NCBI GenBank assembly: GCA_005884515.1
Contig: VAWS01000050.1
Location: forward strand, 1-41,773
Source: Actinomycetota bacterium
GTDB taxonomy: Bacteria > Actinomycetota > AC-67
Direction of reading: 5' to 3'
DNA: 41,773 nt
The position numbers and the translations under genes were made by a program. The notes below the pieces were generated by a model. That model saw nothing but the letters and a program-made list of their open reading frames with translations, ran no database searches and was not told the origin of the DNA. Shown here one piece after another: positions 33,901-41,773 of this stretch. The first letter of the stretch is position 1. Each line of letters begins with the position of its first letter.

Positions 33901-34301
33901 GGCAGCTGGACCTTCACCGTGCCGGTGACGTGGTCGCCGAGGGAGTTCGCGCCGCGCACGTCGACCTCGACCTCGTTGCCGTCGACTTTCTTAATCGCGC
34001 CGGTCAGCTTCATCGTGTCGCCCGGATAGTTCGGGACACCCAGGCGGATCGACACCTTCTTGATGATCGCGTCGGGTCCGGACCAGTCGGTAACGAAGCG
34101 CCCGACGAACCCGTTCGTCGTCAGGATGTTCATGAAGACGTCCTTCGCCCCGCTCGCGCGCGCAAGCTCCGCGTCGTGGTGCACGTCCTGGAAGTCGCGC
34201 GACGCAAGTGCCGCGACGACGACCAGCGTTGTCGTGATAGGCACGTCGAGCGAGGGCAGCTCGTCCCCGGCGTGCACGTCGCGCGCGCGCAGCGTTTCCA
34301 T
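33897..34301 (-). CDS. MaoC-family (R)-hydratase hotdog protein (ChsH1-like position)
   Basis: 134 aa from METLRARDVHAGDELPSL. Contains RDFQDVHHDAELARASGAKDVFMNILT. Its start shares one nucleotide with the upstream stop (TGATG). Confidence 0.85.
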   Translation of the reverse strand: METLRARDVHAGDELPSLDVPITTTLVVVAALASRDFQDVHHDAELARASGAKDVFMNILTTNGFVGRFVTDWSGPDAIIKKVSIRLGVPNYPGDTMKLTGAIKKVDGNEVEVDVRGANSLGDHVTGTVKVQLP

Positions 34302-36223
34302 CACGTGGCCATCCGATCGCCGAGCTTGGCGAGCTGCTCGGTCGCGCCGCCGAGGGTAAGCTCCGCCTGCTTGGCTAAGAACGTGTACCGGTGCAGCGGG
34401 TACGTCATGTCGACACCGATGCCGCCGTGCAGGTGCTGCGCGGCCGCCAGCACGCGGTGCCCGCCCTCCGACGCGAAGTATTTCGCTTCGAGCACCTCGT
34501 CGGTGGCCGGCAGCCCTTCGGAGAGCAGCCACGCCGCGCGCCACATCGTCCAGCGCATCGCTTCGACGTCGACGTACGCGTCGGCCGCGCGCTGCTGCAC
34601 CGCCTGGAACGACCCGAGCGGCCGCCCGAACTGCTCGCGGCCGGACGAGTACTCGGCCGTCAGGCGCAAGGCGTGCTCGGCGATCCCGAGCTGCAGCGCG
34701 CACAGCCCGACCTGCGCGTGATCGAGCATGATCCCGAGCGCTGCGCGGCCGTCCGGCGGCAAGAGCACGTCGGCGTCGCCGATGCGCACGCCGAGGAGCT
34801 GCATCTGCGACAGCGGCTCGGCCGCCGTGTTCGCTTGCATCGCGAGGGTCACACCGGGGGCTTGCGGGTCGACCAGGAACAACCCGACGCCGTCGGCGGC
34901 CAGCGCCGGCACGATCACGCGCGACGCCAGCGAGACTGCCGGTACCTCCGTCTTTGTCCCGTCGATGCGCCACTCGTCACCCTCGACGCGCGCGACAGAC
35001 GCCGGCGCCGATGGATCGCGCGACTCCGGCTCGTCGAACGCGGCTGTGACGATCGCGCGACCCTCGATCACCTCCGGCAACAAGCGGCTCTTCTGCTCTT
35101 CCGTTCCGAACATCGCGACCGGGAGCACACCGCAGACGAGCGCAGCCCACAATGGGACGGGGGCTGCGGCGCGGCCGGCCTGCTCGAGCAACAAGCACAG
35201 CTCGATGATCCCGCCGCCGTTGCCGCCCATCTCTTCCGAGACGCCGAACCCAAGAAGGTGCGCGCGCGCAAGCTCCGCCCACAGATCCGGGTCGAACGCC
35301 GCGCCCGTCTTCTCGAGCTCGACCGCAACGAAAGTGACTTCGACCGGCATGCCGATCGTGATCTCGTCGAGCGGCATCTCGACGATGTTGGACAGCATCC
35401 GGACGCCTTCTTCCAGCTCGATCAAGCCCACGGCGAAAGGCGTCTCGAACCCGGGGAGCGGCGGGTGGTGGTAGATCACGTAGCTGTAGACCTCGCCGAG
35501 GCCGCTCGATCGGATCGTGTCCCAGTCGAGCGATCCGCAGCTCGCACATCCTGGCCGCGGCGGGTGGCGGAGCACGCCACACGCCGTACACCGCTGGATC
35601 AGAAGCTCTCCACAGCTCGCGCCGTCCCAGAAGAACTCCGTGTCCTTGCTGATCGACGGACGGGGACGAAGCGCTTTCGGTTCACCGGCCGCCGGCTTCG
35701 GTGCGAACTTCAGCATACGGAAGCGCTCGATGCCGACGACCTCGCCGTTCTCGTCCTTGTAGATCGCTTTCGTCGTGAAGAAGTGCCCGGGGCCCAGGGC
35801 CGTGTTCTTCTCCTCCGACACGTCCTCGACCGACATGTACGCCGTGAGGTGGTCGCCCGGCCGCACGTACCGCAGGTACTCCTGCTCGCAGTTCGTCGCG
35901 ATCACGCCGGTGAACCCGGCTTCGTCGAGCATGTCGATGATCGCGGTGCGCGGGTCCTCGGGGTTGCGCGGCGGCATCTCCAGCGGGCGCATCGTCCACG
36001 CGCCGAGCATCGTCGGCGGCGCGACGATCCCGCCGTGCACGCTGCGCGCGGCCTGCTCGGCATCGGTGTAGACCGGGTTGCGGTCGCCGACGGCTTCGCA
36101 CCAATGACGGATCATCGCTTCGTTGACGGGGTCGAGCCCGCGGCGGATCTGCGGGGAGTCGATGCCGGTCCACGCGCGCAGCCGCTCGAGGAACGCGGCC
36201 TTCTCGTCGGTCACCATGGTCAT
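34301..36223 (-). CDS. Three-part fusion: MaoC_N-type hotdog, then DUF35 zinc-ribbon/OB fold (ChsH2-like), then an acyl-CoA dehydrogenase lacking its first ~35-40 residues
   Basis: 640 aa from MTMVTDEK. The hotdog part spans residues 1-170. The DUF35 part contains CTACGVLRHPPRPGCASCGS and GMPVEVTF. The sequence then runs directly into ELEKTGAAFDPDLWAELARAHLLGFGVSEEMGG and the rest of an ACAD, ending LGGATEQLAKLGDRMAT. ATGA overlap with the upstream ACAD. Confidence 0.75.
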   Translation of the reverse strand: MTMVTDEKAAFLERLRAWTGIDSPQIRRGLDPVNEAMIRHWCEAVGDRNPVYTDAEQAARSVHGGIVAPPTMLGAWTMRPLEMPPRNPEDPRTAIIDMLDEAGFTGVIATNCEQEYLRYVRPGDHLTAYMSVEDVSEEKNTALGPGHFFTTKAIYKDENGEVVGIERFRMLKFAPKPAAGEPKALRPRPSISKDTEFFWDGASCGELLIQRCTACGVLRHPPRPGCASCGSLDWDTIRSSGLGEVYSYVIYHHPPLPGFETPFAVGLIELEEGVRMLSNIVEMPLDEITIGMPVEVTFVAVELEKTGAAFDPDLWAELARAHLLGFGVSEEMGGNGGGIIELCLLLEQAGRAAAPVPLWAALVCGVLPVAMFGTEEQKSRLLPEVIEGRAIVTAAFDEPESRDPSAPASVARVEGDEWRIDGTKTEVPAVSLASRVIVPALAADGVGLFLVDPQAPGVTLAMQANTAAEPLSQMQLLGVRIGDADVLLPPDGRAALGIMLDHAQVGLCALQLGIAEHALRLTAEYSSGREQFGRPLGSFQAVQQRAADAYVDVEAMRWTMWRAAWLLSEGLPATDEVLEAKYFASEGGHRVLAAAQHLHGGIGVDMTYPLHRYTFLAKQAELTLGGATEQLAKLGDRMAT

Positions 36224-37398
36224 CGCGCGCCCCTCGGCATGCCGAGCCCGGCCACCGCAATGATCTCGCGCTGGATCTCGTTGACGCCGCCGCCGAACGT
36301 CAGGACCAGCGCGGATCGCAGCGCTTCGTCGATGTCGCCGCGCAGGGCCGCGCCCGGCGAGCCGAGCGACAGCGTTCCCGCGCGTCCGATCACTTCGAGC
36401 AAGCTCCGGTACCCATCGACGAACAGCTCCGTTCCGAACACCTTCACGACCGACGCTTCGGCGGGGTTCAACCGACCGACCGTCATCGCCCACGCCATCC
36501 GCAGGTTCATCGCGCGCAACGCGTCGGTGCGCGCGCGCACCCGAGCCAGCACCAGGCGCACCCAGGGCTCGTCGATGACGCGCGCCTCGCCGTTGCGCGC
36601 TTCCTTCGCCCAGGCGACCGTTTCTTCAAGAAGCCCTTCCAGCCTGCCGGACGCTGCAAGCGCGACGCGCTCGTGGTTCAGCTGCGTTGTGATGAGGCGC
36701 CAGCCGTCGTTCTCACCGCCGACGATCGCCGACGCCGGCACGCGGACGTCCTCGAAGTACGTGGCGTTCGTCGTCCCGCCGTCGATGAGGTCGATCGGTG
36801 TGACGCTGAATCCGGGAAGCGTGGTCGGCACGATGAAGATCGTGATGCCTTTGTGCTTCGGCGCGTCGGGGTCGGTGCGCCCTGCGAGCCAGATGTAGTC
36901 GGCGTCGTGCGCGCCGGTGGTGAAGATCTTCTGCCCGTTGATCACGAATGAGTCGCCGTCCCGGATCGCGCGCGTGCGCAGCGAGGCGAGGTCCGTCCCC
37001 GAGCCGGGCTCCGTGTACCCGATCGCGAAGTGAACTTCGCCGCGGAGGATCGCCGGGAGAAAGCGGCTCTTCTGCTCGTCCGAGCCGAACTGCATAAGCG
37101 TCGGGCCGACGGTGTTGATCGTCACGAGCGGGATCGGCGCCTGCGCGCGCCGGCACTCGTCCATGTAGATCAGCTCTTCGACGTACCCGCGTCCCTGGCC
37201 GCCGTACTCGACCGGCCACCCCACGCCGAGCCAGCCGTCGTGGCCCATCGTCTTCACGAAGTCTCGAAATGCGGGGCCCATGTGCTCGCCGGCGCGCGGA
37301 CCGAGGGCTGCTCGAACTTCCGGGGTCAGCTTTTCCGCGAAGTAGGCGCGCAAGCTGTCGCGGAAGGCGCGCTGCTCGTCGTTGAGATCGAAGTACAT
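36220..37398 (-). CDS. Acyl-CoA dehydrogenase
   Basis: 392 aa. Starts MYFDLNDEQRAFRDSL. Contains YTEPGSGTDLASL and FGGGVNEIQREIIA. Confidence 0.9.
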   Translation of the reverse strand: MYFDLNDEQRAFRDSLRAYFAEKLTPEVRAALGPRAGEHMGPAFRDFVKTMGHDGWLGVGWPVEYGGQGRGYVEELIYMDECRRAQAPIPLVTINTVGPTLMQFGSDEQKSRFLPAILRGEVHFAIGYTEPGSGTDLASLRTRAIRDGDSFVINGQKIFTTGAHDADYIWLAGRTDPDAPKHKGITIFIVPTTLPGFSVTPIDLIDGGTTNATYFEDVRVPASAIVGGENDGWRLITTQLNHERVALAASGRLEGLLEETVAWAKEARNGEARVIDEPWVRLVLARVRARTDALRAMNLRMAWAMTVGRLNPAEASVVKVFGTELFVDGYRSLLEVIGRAGTLSLGSPGAALRGDIDEALRSALVLTFGGGVNEIQREIIAVAGLGMPRGAR

Positions 37399-37406
37399 CC
37401 GCGCCT

Positions 37407-38183
37407 CTAGTCCGGGCGCGGTACGGGCCCGCCCCAGCCGACGAATGAGGTTGCGCCGCCGTCGACGACGAACTCGGCGCCGCTGCAGTAGCTGCTTTCG
37501 TCCGACGCCAGGAACAGCGCGAGGTTCGCGACGTCCTGGGGCGTGCCGGCTCGACGCAGCGGGACGCCCCTCTTGAAGATCGCGTTCAGGTCGATGTCGC
37601 CGGTCTGCGCGCGCAGCATAGCCGTGTCGATCACGCCGGGATGGATCGAGTTCACGCGGATCGCGTACTTGCCGAACTCCCCCGCCGCGACCTTCGTCAT
37701 TCCGCGCACGGCGAACTTCGAAGCCGTGTACGCGGCCAGGCCGACGCTGCCGCGCAGGCCCTCCACCGACGAGATGTTGATGATCGAGCCGCCGCCCGCG
37801 CGCTTCATGCCTTCGAACACCGCGCGCATCCCGAGGAACACACCGACCTGATTAACGTTGATCACACTCATGTACTCGGCGAGGGGCTGCTCGGCGATCG
37901 TCCCGAACTTGAGGATCCCCGCGCTGTTCAGCAACACGGTCACGTCGCCGAAGCGCTGCTCGGCTTCGCTTATCGCGGTGCGCCAGTCCTCTTCGTTGGT
38001 CACGTCGAGGTGGACGAAATGCGCCTCGTCGCCGATCGCGTTCGCCGCTTCCTTGCCTTCGGCGTCGAGCAGGTCGCCAAGGACGACGCGCGCGCCTTCG
38101 CGCGCGAATAGCTTCGCGGCTTCGAGGCCCTGCCCGCGCGCGCCGCCGGTGACAAAGGCCACCTTACCGTCGAGGCGGCCCAC
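37407..38183 (-). CDS. Short-chain dehydrogenase (3-hydroxyacyl-CoA / hydroxysteroid dehydrogenase-like)
   Basis: LDGKVAFVTGGARGQGLEAA, NSAG and YTASK motifs. Start taken at GTG 38183, 2 nt after the upstream stop. The 409-aa track ORF has an Arg-rich false extension. Confidence 0.85.
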   Translation of the reverse strand: MGRLDGKVAFVTGGARGQGLEAAKLFAREGARVVLGDLLDAEGKEAANAIGDEAHFVHLDVTNEEDWRTAISEAEQRFGDVTVLLNSAGILKFGTIAEQPLAEYMSVINVNQVGVFLGMRAVFEGMKRAGGGSIINISSVEGLRGSVGLAAYTASKFAVRGMTKVAAGEFGKYAIRVNSIHPGVIDTAMLRAQTGDIDLNAIFKRGVPLRRAGTPQDVANLALFLASDESSYCSGAEFVVDGGATSFVGWGGPVPRPD

Positions 38184-38185
38184 GC

Positions 38186-39304
38186 TCAGATGCCCAGCCT
38201 TTGCGCCAGCAGCTCGCGATGGTACGGAGCGTCGCCGAACATCAGCTCGTCCGATTTTGCGCGCCGGTAGTAGAGGTGCGCGTCGTGCTCCCAGGTGAAG
38301 CCGATGCCGCCGTGCACCTGGATGTTGTCGCGCGCAGCCTTGAAGAACGCGTCGGCCGCGTAGGCCTTCGCCATCGGTGCCACGATCGGCAGCTCGGGAT
38401 CGTCGGCGGCGGCGACCCAGAGCGCGTAATACATCGCGGTCTTCGCGGATTCCACTTCGAGCAGCATGTCGGCGCACTTGTGCTTGATCGCTTGGAACGA
38501 GCCGATCGGCCGGCCAAACTGCACCCGGTCCTTGGCGTATTGCACGGCCATGTCCAGCGCGCGTTGCGCGCCGCCGCACATCTCGGCGGCCAGCGCGACG
38601 GCGGCGTGGTCGAGCGTCCGCTGCAGGGCCGGCCACGCCGTGCCTTTCTCGTCGAGCAGATCACCCTTCACGCCGGAGAAGTCGAGCTGCGCGAGCTTCC
38701 GGGTGAGGTCGATCGCCTCGAGCGACTTCCTATTTAGCCCTTCCGCGTCGCCCCTCACTGTGTAGAGCGAGATCCCGTCGGTTCCGGTCGTTCCGGCTTC
38801 GCGCGCGGCCACCACGATGAGGTTCGCTGTGGTCCCGTCGATCACGTACGTCTTCGTGCCGTTCAGCACGCCGTCCTTCGATTCGAGCGTCATGTCGTCG
38901 GCCGTCCAGCCTTTGCCCGGCTCGCCCAGCGCCAGCGTTGCGATCGTCTCGCCGCTCGCGATCCCCGGCAGCAGGGCCTTCTTCTGCTCTTCCGTACCCG
39001 CGTTCAGGATCGCGTTCGCCGCGACGCCGACCGTCGAGAGGAACGGCGCGCACAGCAGCACGCGGCCCATCTCCTCCAGCACGATGCCGAGCTCGACGAA
39101 GCTGAACCCCTGGCCGCCGTAATCCTCGGGGATGTGCAGCGCCTGCAGGCCCAGCTCTTGTGCCATCTGCTTCCACACGGCTTCGTCGTAGCCGTCGGGC
39201 GTCTCCATCAGGCGACGCACCTCCGTCGACGGCGACTTGTCGTCGAGGAAGCGGCGGATCGTCCGCCGCAGCTCGTCCTGTTCCTCGCTGAAGGTGAAGT
39301 TCAA
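38186..39304 (-). CDS. Acyl-CoA dehydrogenase
   Basis: 372 aa with a TTG start 4 nt after a GGAGG SD. Starts MNFTFSEEQDELRRTIRRFLD. Contains RPIGSFQAIKHKCADM. Confidence 0.88.
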   Translation of the reverse strand: MNFTFSEEQDELRRTIRRFLDDKSPSTEVRRLMETPDGYDEAVWKQMAQELGLQALHIPEDYGGQGFSFVELGIVLEEMGRVLLCAPFLSTVGVAANAILNAGTEEQKKALLPGIASGETIATLALGEPGKGWTADDMTLESKDGVLNGTKTYVIDGTTANLIVVAAREAGTTGTDGISLYTVRGDAEGLNRKSLEAIDLTRKLAQLDFSGVKGDLLDEKGTAWPALQRTLDHAAVALAAEMCGGAQRALDMAVQYAKDRVQFGRPIGSFQAIKHKCADMLLEVESAKTAMYYALWVAAADDPELPIVAPMAKAYAADAFFKAARDNIQVHGGIGFTWEHDAHLYYRRAKSDELMFGDAPYHRELLAQRLGI

Positions 39305-39313
39305 CGTGCCTCC

Positions 39314-40474
39314 CTACGGCGCTTCGCTCGAGACGACCCACATCGCGAAGAACTGCGAGCCGCCGCCGTACGCGTGTCCGAGCGCGGTGCGCGCGCCGTC
39401 GATCTGATGCTCCCCAGCCGTCCCGCGCACCTGCATCGCAGCCTCCGCGAACCGAAGCATCCCCGATGCGCCGATCGGATTCGACGAGAGTACCCCGCCC
39501 GACGGGTTGACCGGAAGGGACCCGCCGAGGGCCGTCGAGTCGTCGTCGGTCATCTTCCAGCCGGTGCCCTCATCCGTGAAGAAGAGATTCTCGAGCCACA
39601 TCGGCTCATACCAACTGAAAGGCACATACATCTCCACGACGTCGATGTCTTTCCGCGGGTCGGTGATGCCGGCCTGCTCGTAGACGTCCTTCGCGCAATC
39701 GCGGCCCGCGCGCGGATTGACCTCATCGCGCCCCGCCAAGCCGAGCGGTTCGCTGCGGATCGCGGTGCCCTTGATCCACGCCGGAGACTTCGACGCCGAC
39801 TTCGCGACGCGCTCCGACGTCAGCACCATCGCGCACGCGCCGTCGGACGAGGGGCAACACTCCAAGAACCGGATCGGGTCCCACAGGATCGGCGACTGCT
39901 CGACCGTTTCCATGCTGATGTCCGGCATGTGTAAGTGGGCATACGGGTTCTTGAGCGCGCTGATGCGGTCCTTTACCGCGACCTTGCGACCGATGTGGTC
40001 GGGCGCGTGCGCGCGCCTGATGTACTCGCGGATGTGCGGCGCGAAGTATCCGCCGGCGCCGGCGACCAGCGTCGGCTGGAACGGGATCTTCGGCGCCAGC
40101 GCCCACATCGCGTTCGACTCGGACTGCTTCTCGAACGCGACCGTGAGCACTCGCTCGTGGATGCCGGCTTGCACGAGGTGCGCGGCAACGACCGCGGTGG
40201 AGCCGCCGACGCTTCCGGCGGTGTGCACGCGGAGCATCGGCTTGCCGACGGCACCGAGCGCCTCCGCAAGGTACAGCTCGGGCATCATCACGCCTTCGAA
40301 CATGTCCGGCGCCTTGCCGAGCACGACCGCGTCGATATCGGACCACGTCATCTGTGCGTCTTCGAGCGCGCGCACCGCGGCCTCGCGCACGAGGCCCGCG
40401 ATCGACACGTCGTCGCGCTTCGTGTCGTGCTTCGTCTGGCCGATGCCGACGACCGCTGCCGGTAGCTTCGCCAT
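39314..40474 (-). CDS. Thiolase-domain protein (Ltp family)
   Basis: 386 aa. Contains AVVGIGQTKH, LECCPSSDGACAMVL and NPSGGVLSSNPIGASGMLRFAEAAMQVRG. Confidence 0.88.
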   Translation of the reverse strand: MAKLPAAVVGIGQTKHDTKRDDVSIAGLVREAAVRALEDAQMTWSDIDAVVLGKAPDMFEGVMMPELYLAEALGAVGKPMLRVHTAGSVGGSTAVVAAHLVQAGIHERVLTVAFEKQSESNAMWALAPKIPFQPTLVAGAGGYFAPHIREYIRRAHAPDHIGRKVAVKDRISALKNPYAHLHMPDISMETVEQSPILWDPIRFLECCPSSDGACAMVLTSERVAKSASKSPAWIKGTAIRSEPLGLAGRDEVNPRAGRDCAKDVYEQAGITDPRKDIDVVEMYVPFSWYEPMWLENLFFTDEGTGWKMTDDDSTALGGSLPVNPSGGVLSSNPIGASGMLRFAEAAMQVRGTAGEHQIDGARTALGHAYGGGSQFFAMWVVSSEAP

Positions 40475-40477
40475 GTC

Positions 40478-41533
40478 TTACTCGCCCTCCAGCACGCACA
40501 CGAGGTTCTGCTGCAGGCACGGGCCGCTGGTCGCGTGCGCCAGCGCGCGGTCGGCCGAGCCGTCCGTGATGCGCGCGGCCGCTTCGCCGATGCGGATCAA
40601 GCCGGCGGCCATGACGGGATTGGCCGCGAGCGCGCCGCCGGACGGGTTGATCGCGCTACCGTTCTTGAGGTTCAACGCGTCGCGCAGGATCAGCTCCTGG
40701 TGCGTAAAGGGTGCAAGCAGCTCGACCACGTCCAGCTTGTCGTCGAGCGCCCCTGCCCGCTCGGCCGCGACGGCGGTCGACTCCGAGGTCGTGAGATCGC
40801 GCGCGCCGAGCGAGTGCGGCTCGATGCGGTGGTCGATGCCGCGGATCCACGCCGGACGCGACGACACCGAACGCGCGAGATCGTCGGCGGCCAGCACAAC
40901 TACGGCGGCGCCGTCGCTGATCGGCGCGCAGTCGGACTTGCGGAGCGGCGAGACGAGGTAGTCCTCGGCCAAGATCATGTCGACGTCGAAATCTCCCGTG
41001 ACCTGCGCGTGCGGATTCGCTTTCGCGTCCCGGCGGCTCCGTGCCGCAACCTCGGCCATCTCGCGCTCGGTGTGATCGGTACCGTCCAGCATCGCGCGCG
41101 CCTGCAGAGCGGCCAGGGACACCGCGTCCGGCCACATCGGTGCGTAGTAGTACGGGTCGAGCTGCATCGCCATGACGTCGCGGATCGAACCCGGCGAGGA
41201 TTTCCCGAACCCATACACAAGGGCGGCGTCGATCTCGCCTTCCTGCAGCAGGACCCACGCCTCGTACAACGCCCACGCGCCGTCCATCTCGACGTGCGAC
41301 TCGCGGATCGGCGGCCAGGCTGCGATCGCTTCCAAGCCCCACACGAATGCGAATGGCTGCCCGGCGAGGTAGTCGCACGAGCCCGAGCACGTGAAGCCGA
41401 TCTTCTCGCGCGGGACGCCGGACTTCTCGACCGCTTCCGCGACGACCGGCATCAGGATCTCGACCTCGTTTGCCTCCGGCACGCGGCGCCGCGAGGGCGC
41501 TTGCGCGAAGGAGACGACCGCAACGTCACGCAT
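40478..41533 (-). CDS. Thiolase-like protein (Ltp family, partner subunit)
   Basis: 351 aa. Contains DCAPISDGAAVVVL and NPSGGALAANPVMAAGLIRIGEAA. Confidence 0.85.
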   Translation of the reverse strand: MRDVAVVSFAQAPSRRRVPEANEVEILMPVVAEAVEKSGVPREKIGFTCSGSCDYLAGQPFAFVWGLEAIAAWPPIRESHVEMDGAWALYEAWVLLQEGEIDAALVYGFGKSSPGSIRDVMAMQLDPYYYAPMWPDAVSLAALQARAMLDGTDHTEREMAEVAARSRRDAKANPHAQVTGDFDVDMILAEDYLVSPLRKSDCAPISDGAAVVVLAADDLARSVSSRPAWIRGIDHRIEPHSLGARDLTTSESTAVAAERAGALDDKLDVVELLAPFTHQELILRDALNLKNGSAINPSGGALAANPVMAAGLIRIGEAAARITDGSADRALAHATSGPCLQQNLVCVLEGE

Positions 41534-41773
41534 CGGCGCGCATCCTCTTCAGCACGTCGTCGATCGCTGCGTCGGGCTCGCCGGCCGGCTTGAAATACTT
41601 GATCGTGTCCATGCTCGGGATGCGCTCGCCTTCCGGCAGCCACTCCGCGCGCACGCGCATCCCCATGCGAACCTCTTCCGCCGGGATCTCCTGGATGAGG
41701 TGCATCAGCGGGATGTCGGCGCCGTCGAGAAGGATCGAGGCCGACACGTACGGGATCTGAACAGTCGCGCCGG
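41526..41773 (-). CDS. DUF35 OB-fold protein, C-terminal part only (5' end beyond the window)
   Basis: The frame is open to the window edge. VSASILLDGADIPLMHLIQEIPAEEVRMGMRVRAEW matches the DUF35 OB-fold end. It overlaps the next gene by 8 nt. Confidence 0.7.
   Translation of the reverse strand, partial: GATVQIPYVSASILLDGADIPLMHLIQEIPAEEVRMGMRVRAEWLPEGERIPSMDTIKYFKPAGEPDAAIDDVLKRMRADA

Noticed and set aside
1-41773. CRISPR arrays, insertion sequences or transposases, integrases, toxin-antitoxin pairs, rRNA and tRNA genes
   Set aside because: I saw no regularly spaced repeats, terminal inverted repeats, recombinase-like ORFs or RNA gene signatures on either strand.

Overview
High-GC, actinobacterium-like chromosomal segment with about 46 protein-coding genes. 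I saw no rRNA, tRNA, CRISPR array or transposase. All calls come from reading the sequence and ORF track by eye; nothing was computed or searched.

The window falls into three blocks:
- **1-14.2 kb:** mixed metabolic genes. These are an S8 protease, a PLP decarboxylase plus LmbE deacetylase pair, a CBS protein, a PaaI thioesterase, an enolase-superfamily enzyme, a GH15 hydrolase, an SDR, a FAD/Fe-S oxidase and a PoxB-like TPP enzyme.
- **14.2-30.8 kb:** envelope and stress genes. These are a lipoprotein, an MprF-like lysyl-PG synthase, DUF488, an LPXTG surface protein, a class A PBP, an island of very small genes, a SigB/SigF-type sigma factor with partner-switching proteins, a second S8 protease, DUF983, a flavoprotein disulfide reductase and an SDR.
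- **31.6-41.8 kb:** one tightly overlapped minus-strand operon of acyl-CoA dehydrogenases, thiolase-like Ltp proteins, MaoC hydratases, DUF35 and an SDR. It resembles actinobacterial steroid or branched-lipid side-chain degradation (igr/chsH-ltp2-like) clusters.

Main findings:
- **Promoter motif.** GTTT-N15-17-GGGNA, the SigB/SigF type, occurs 11 times. Every copy is correctly oriented upstream of a gene. The targets include both operons of the sigma module and each gene of the small-gene island, which suggests a compact local regulon.
- **Small ORFs.** Two ORFs of 39 and 50 aa, both with strong ribosome-binding sites, are missing from the ORF track.
- **Gene lesions.** Several genes carry apparent lesions: two or three frameshifts, one internal out-of-frame deletion and one convergent-gene truncation junction.
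- **Fusion.** One in-frame hotdog-DUF35-ACAD fusion lies in the lipid operon.
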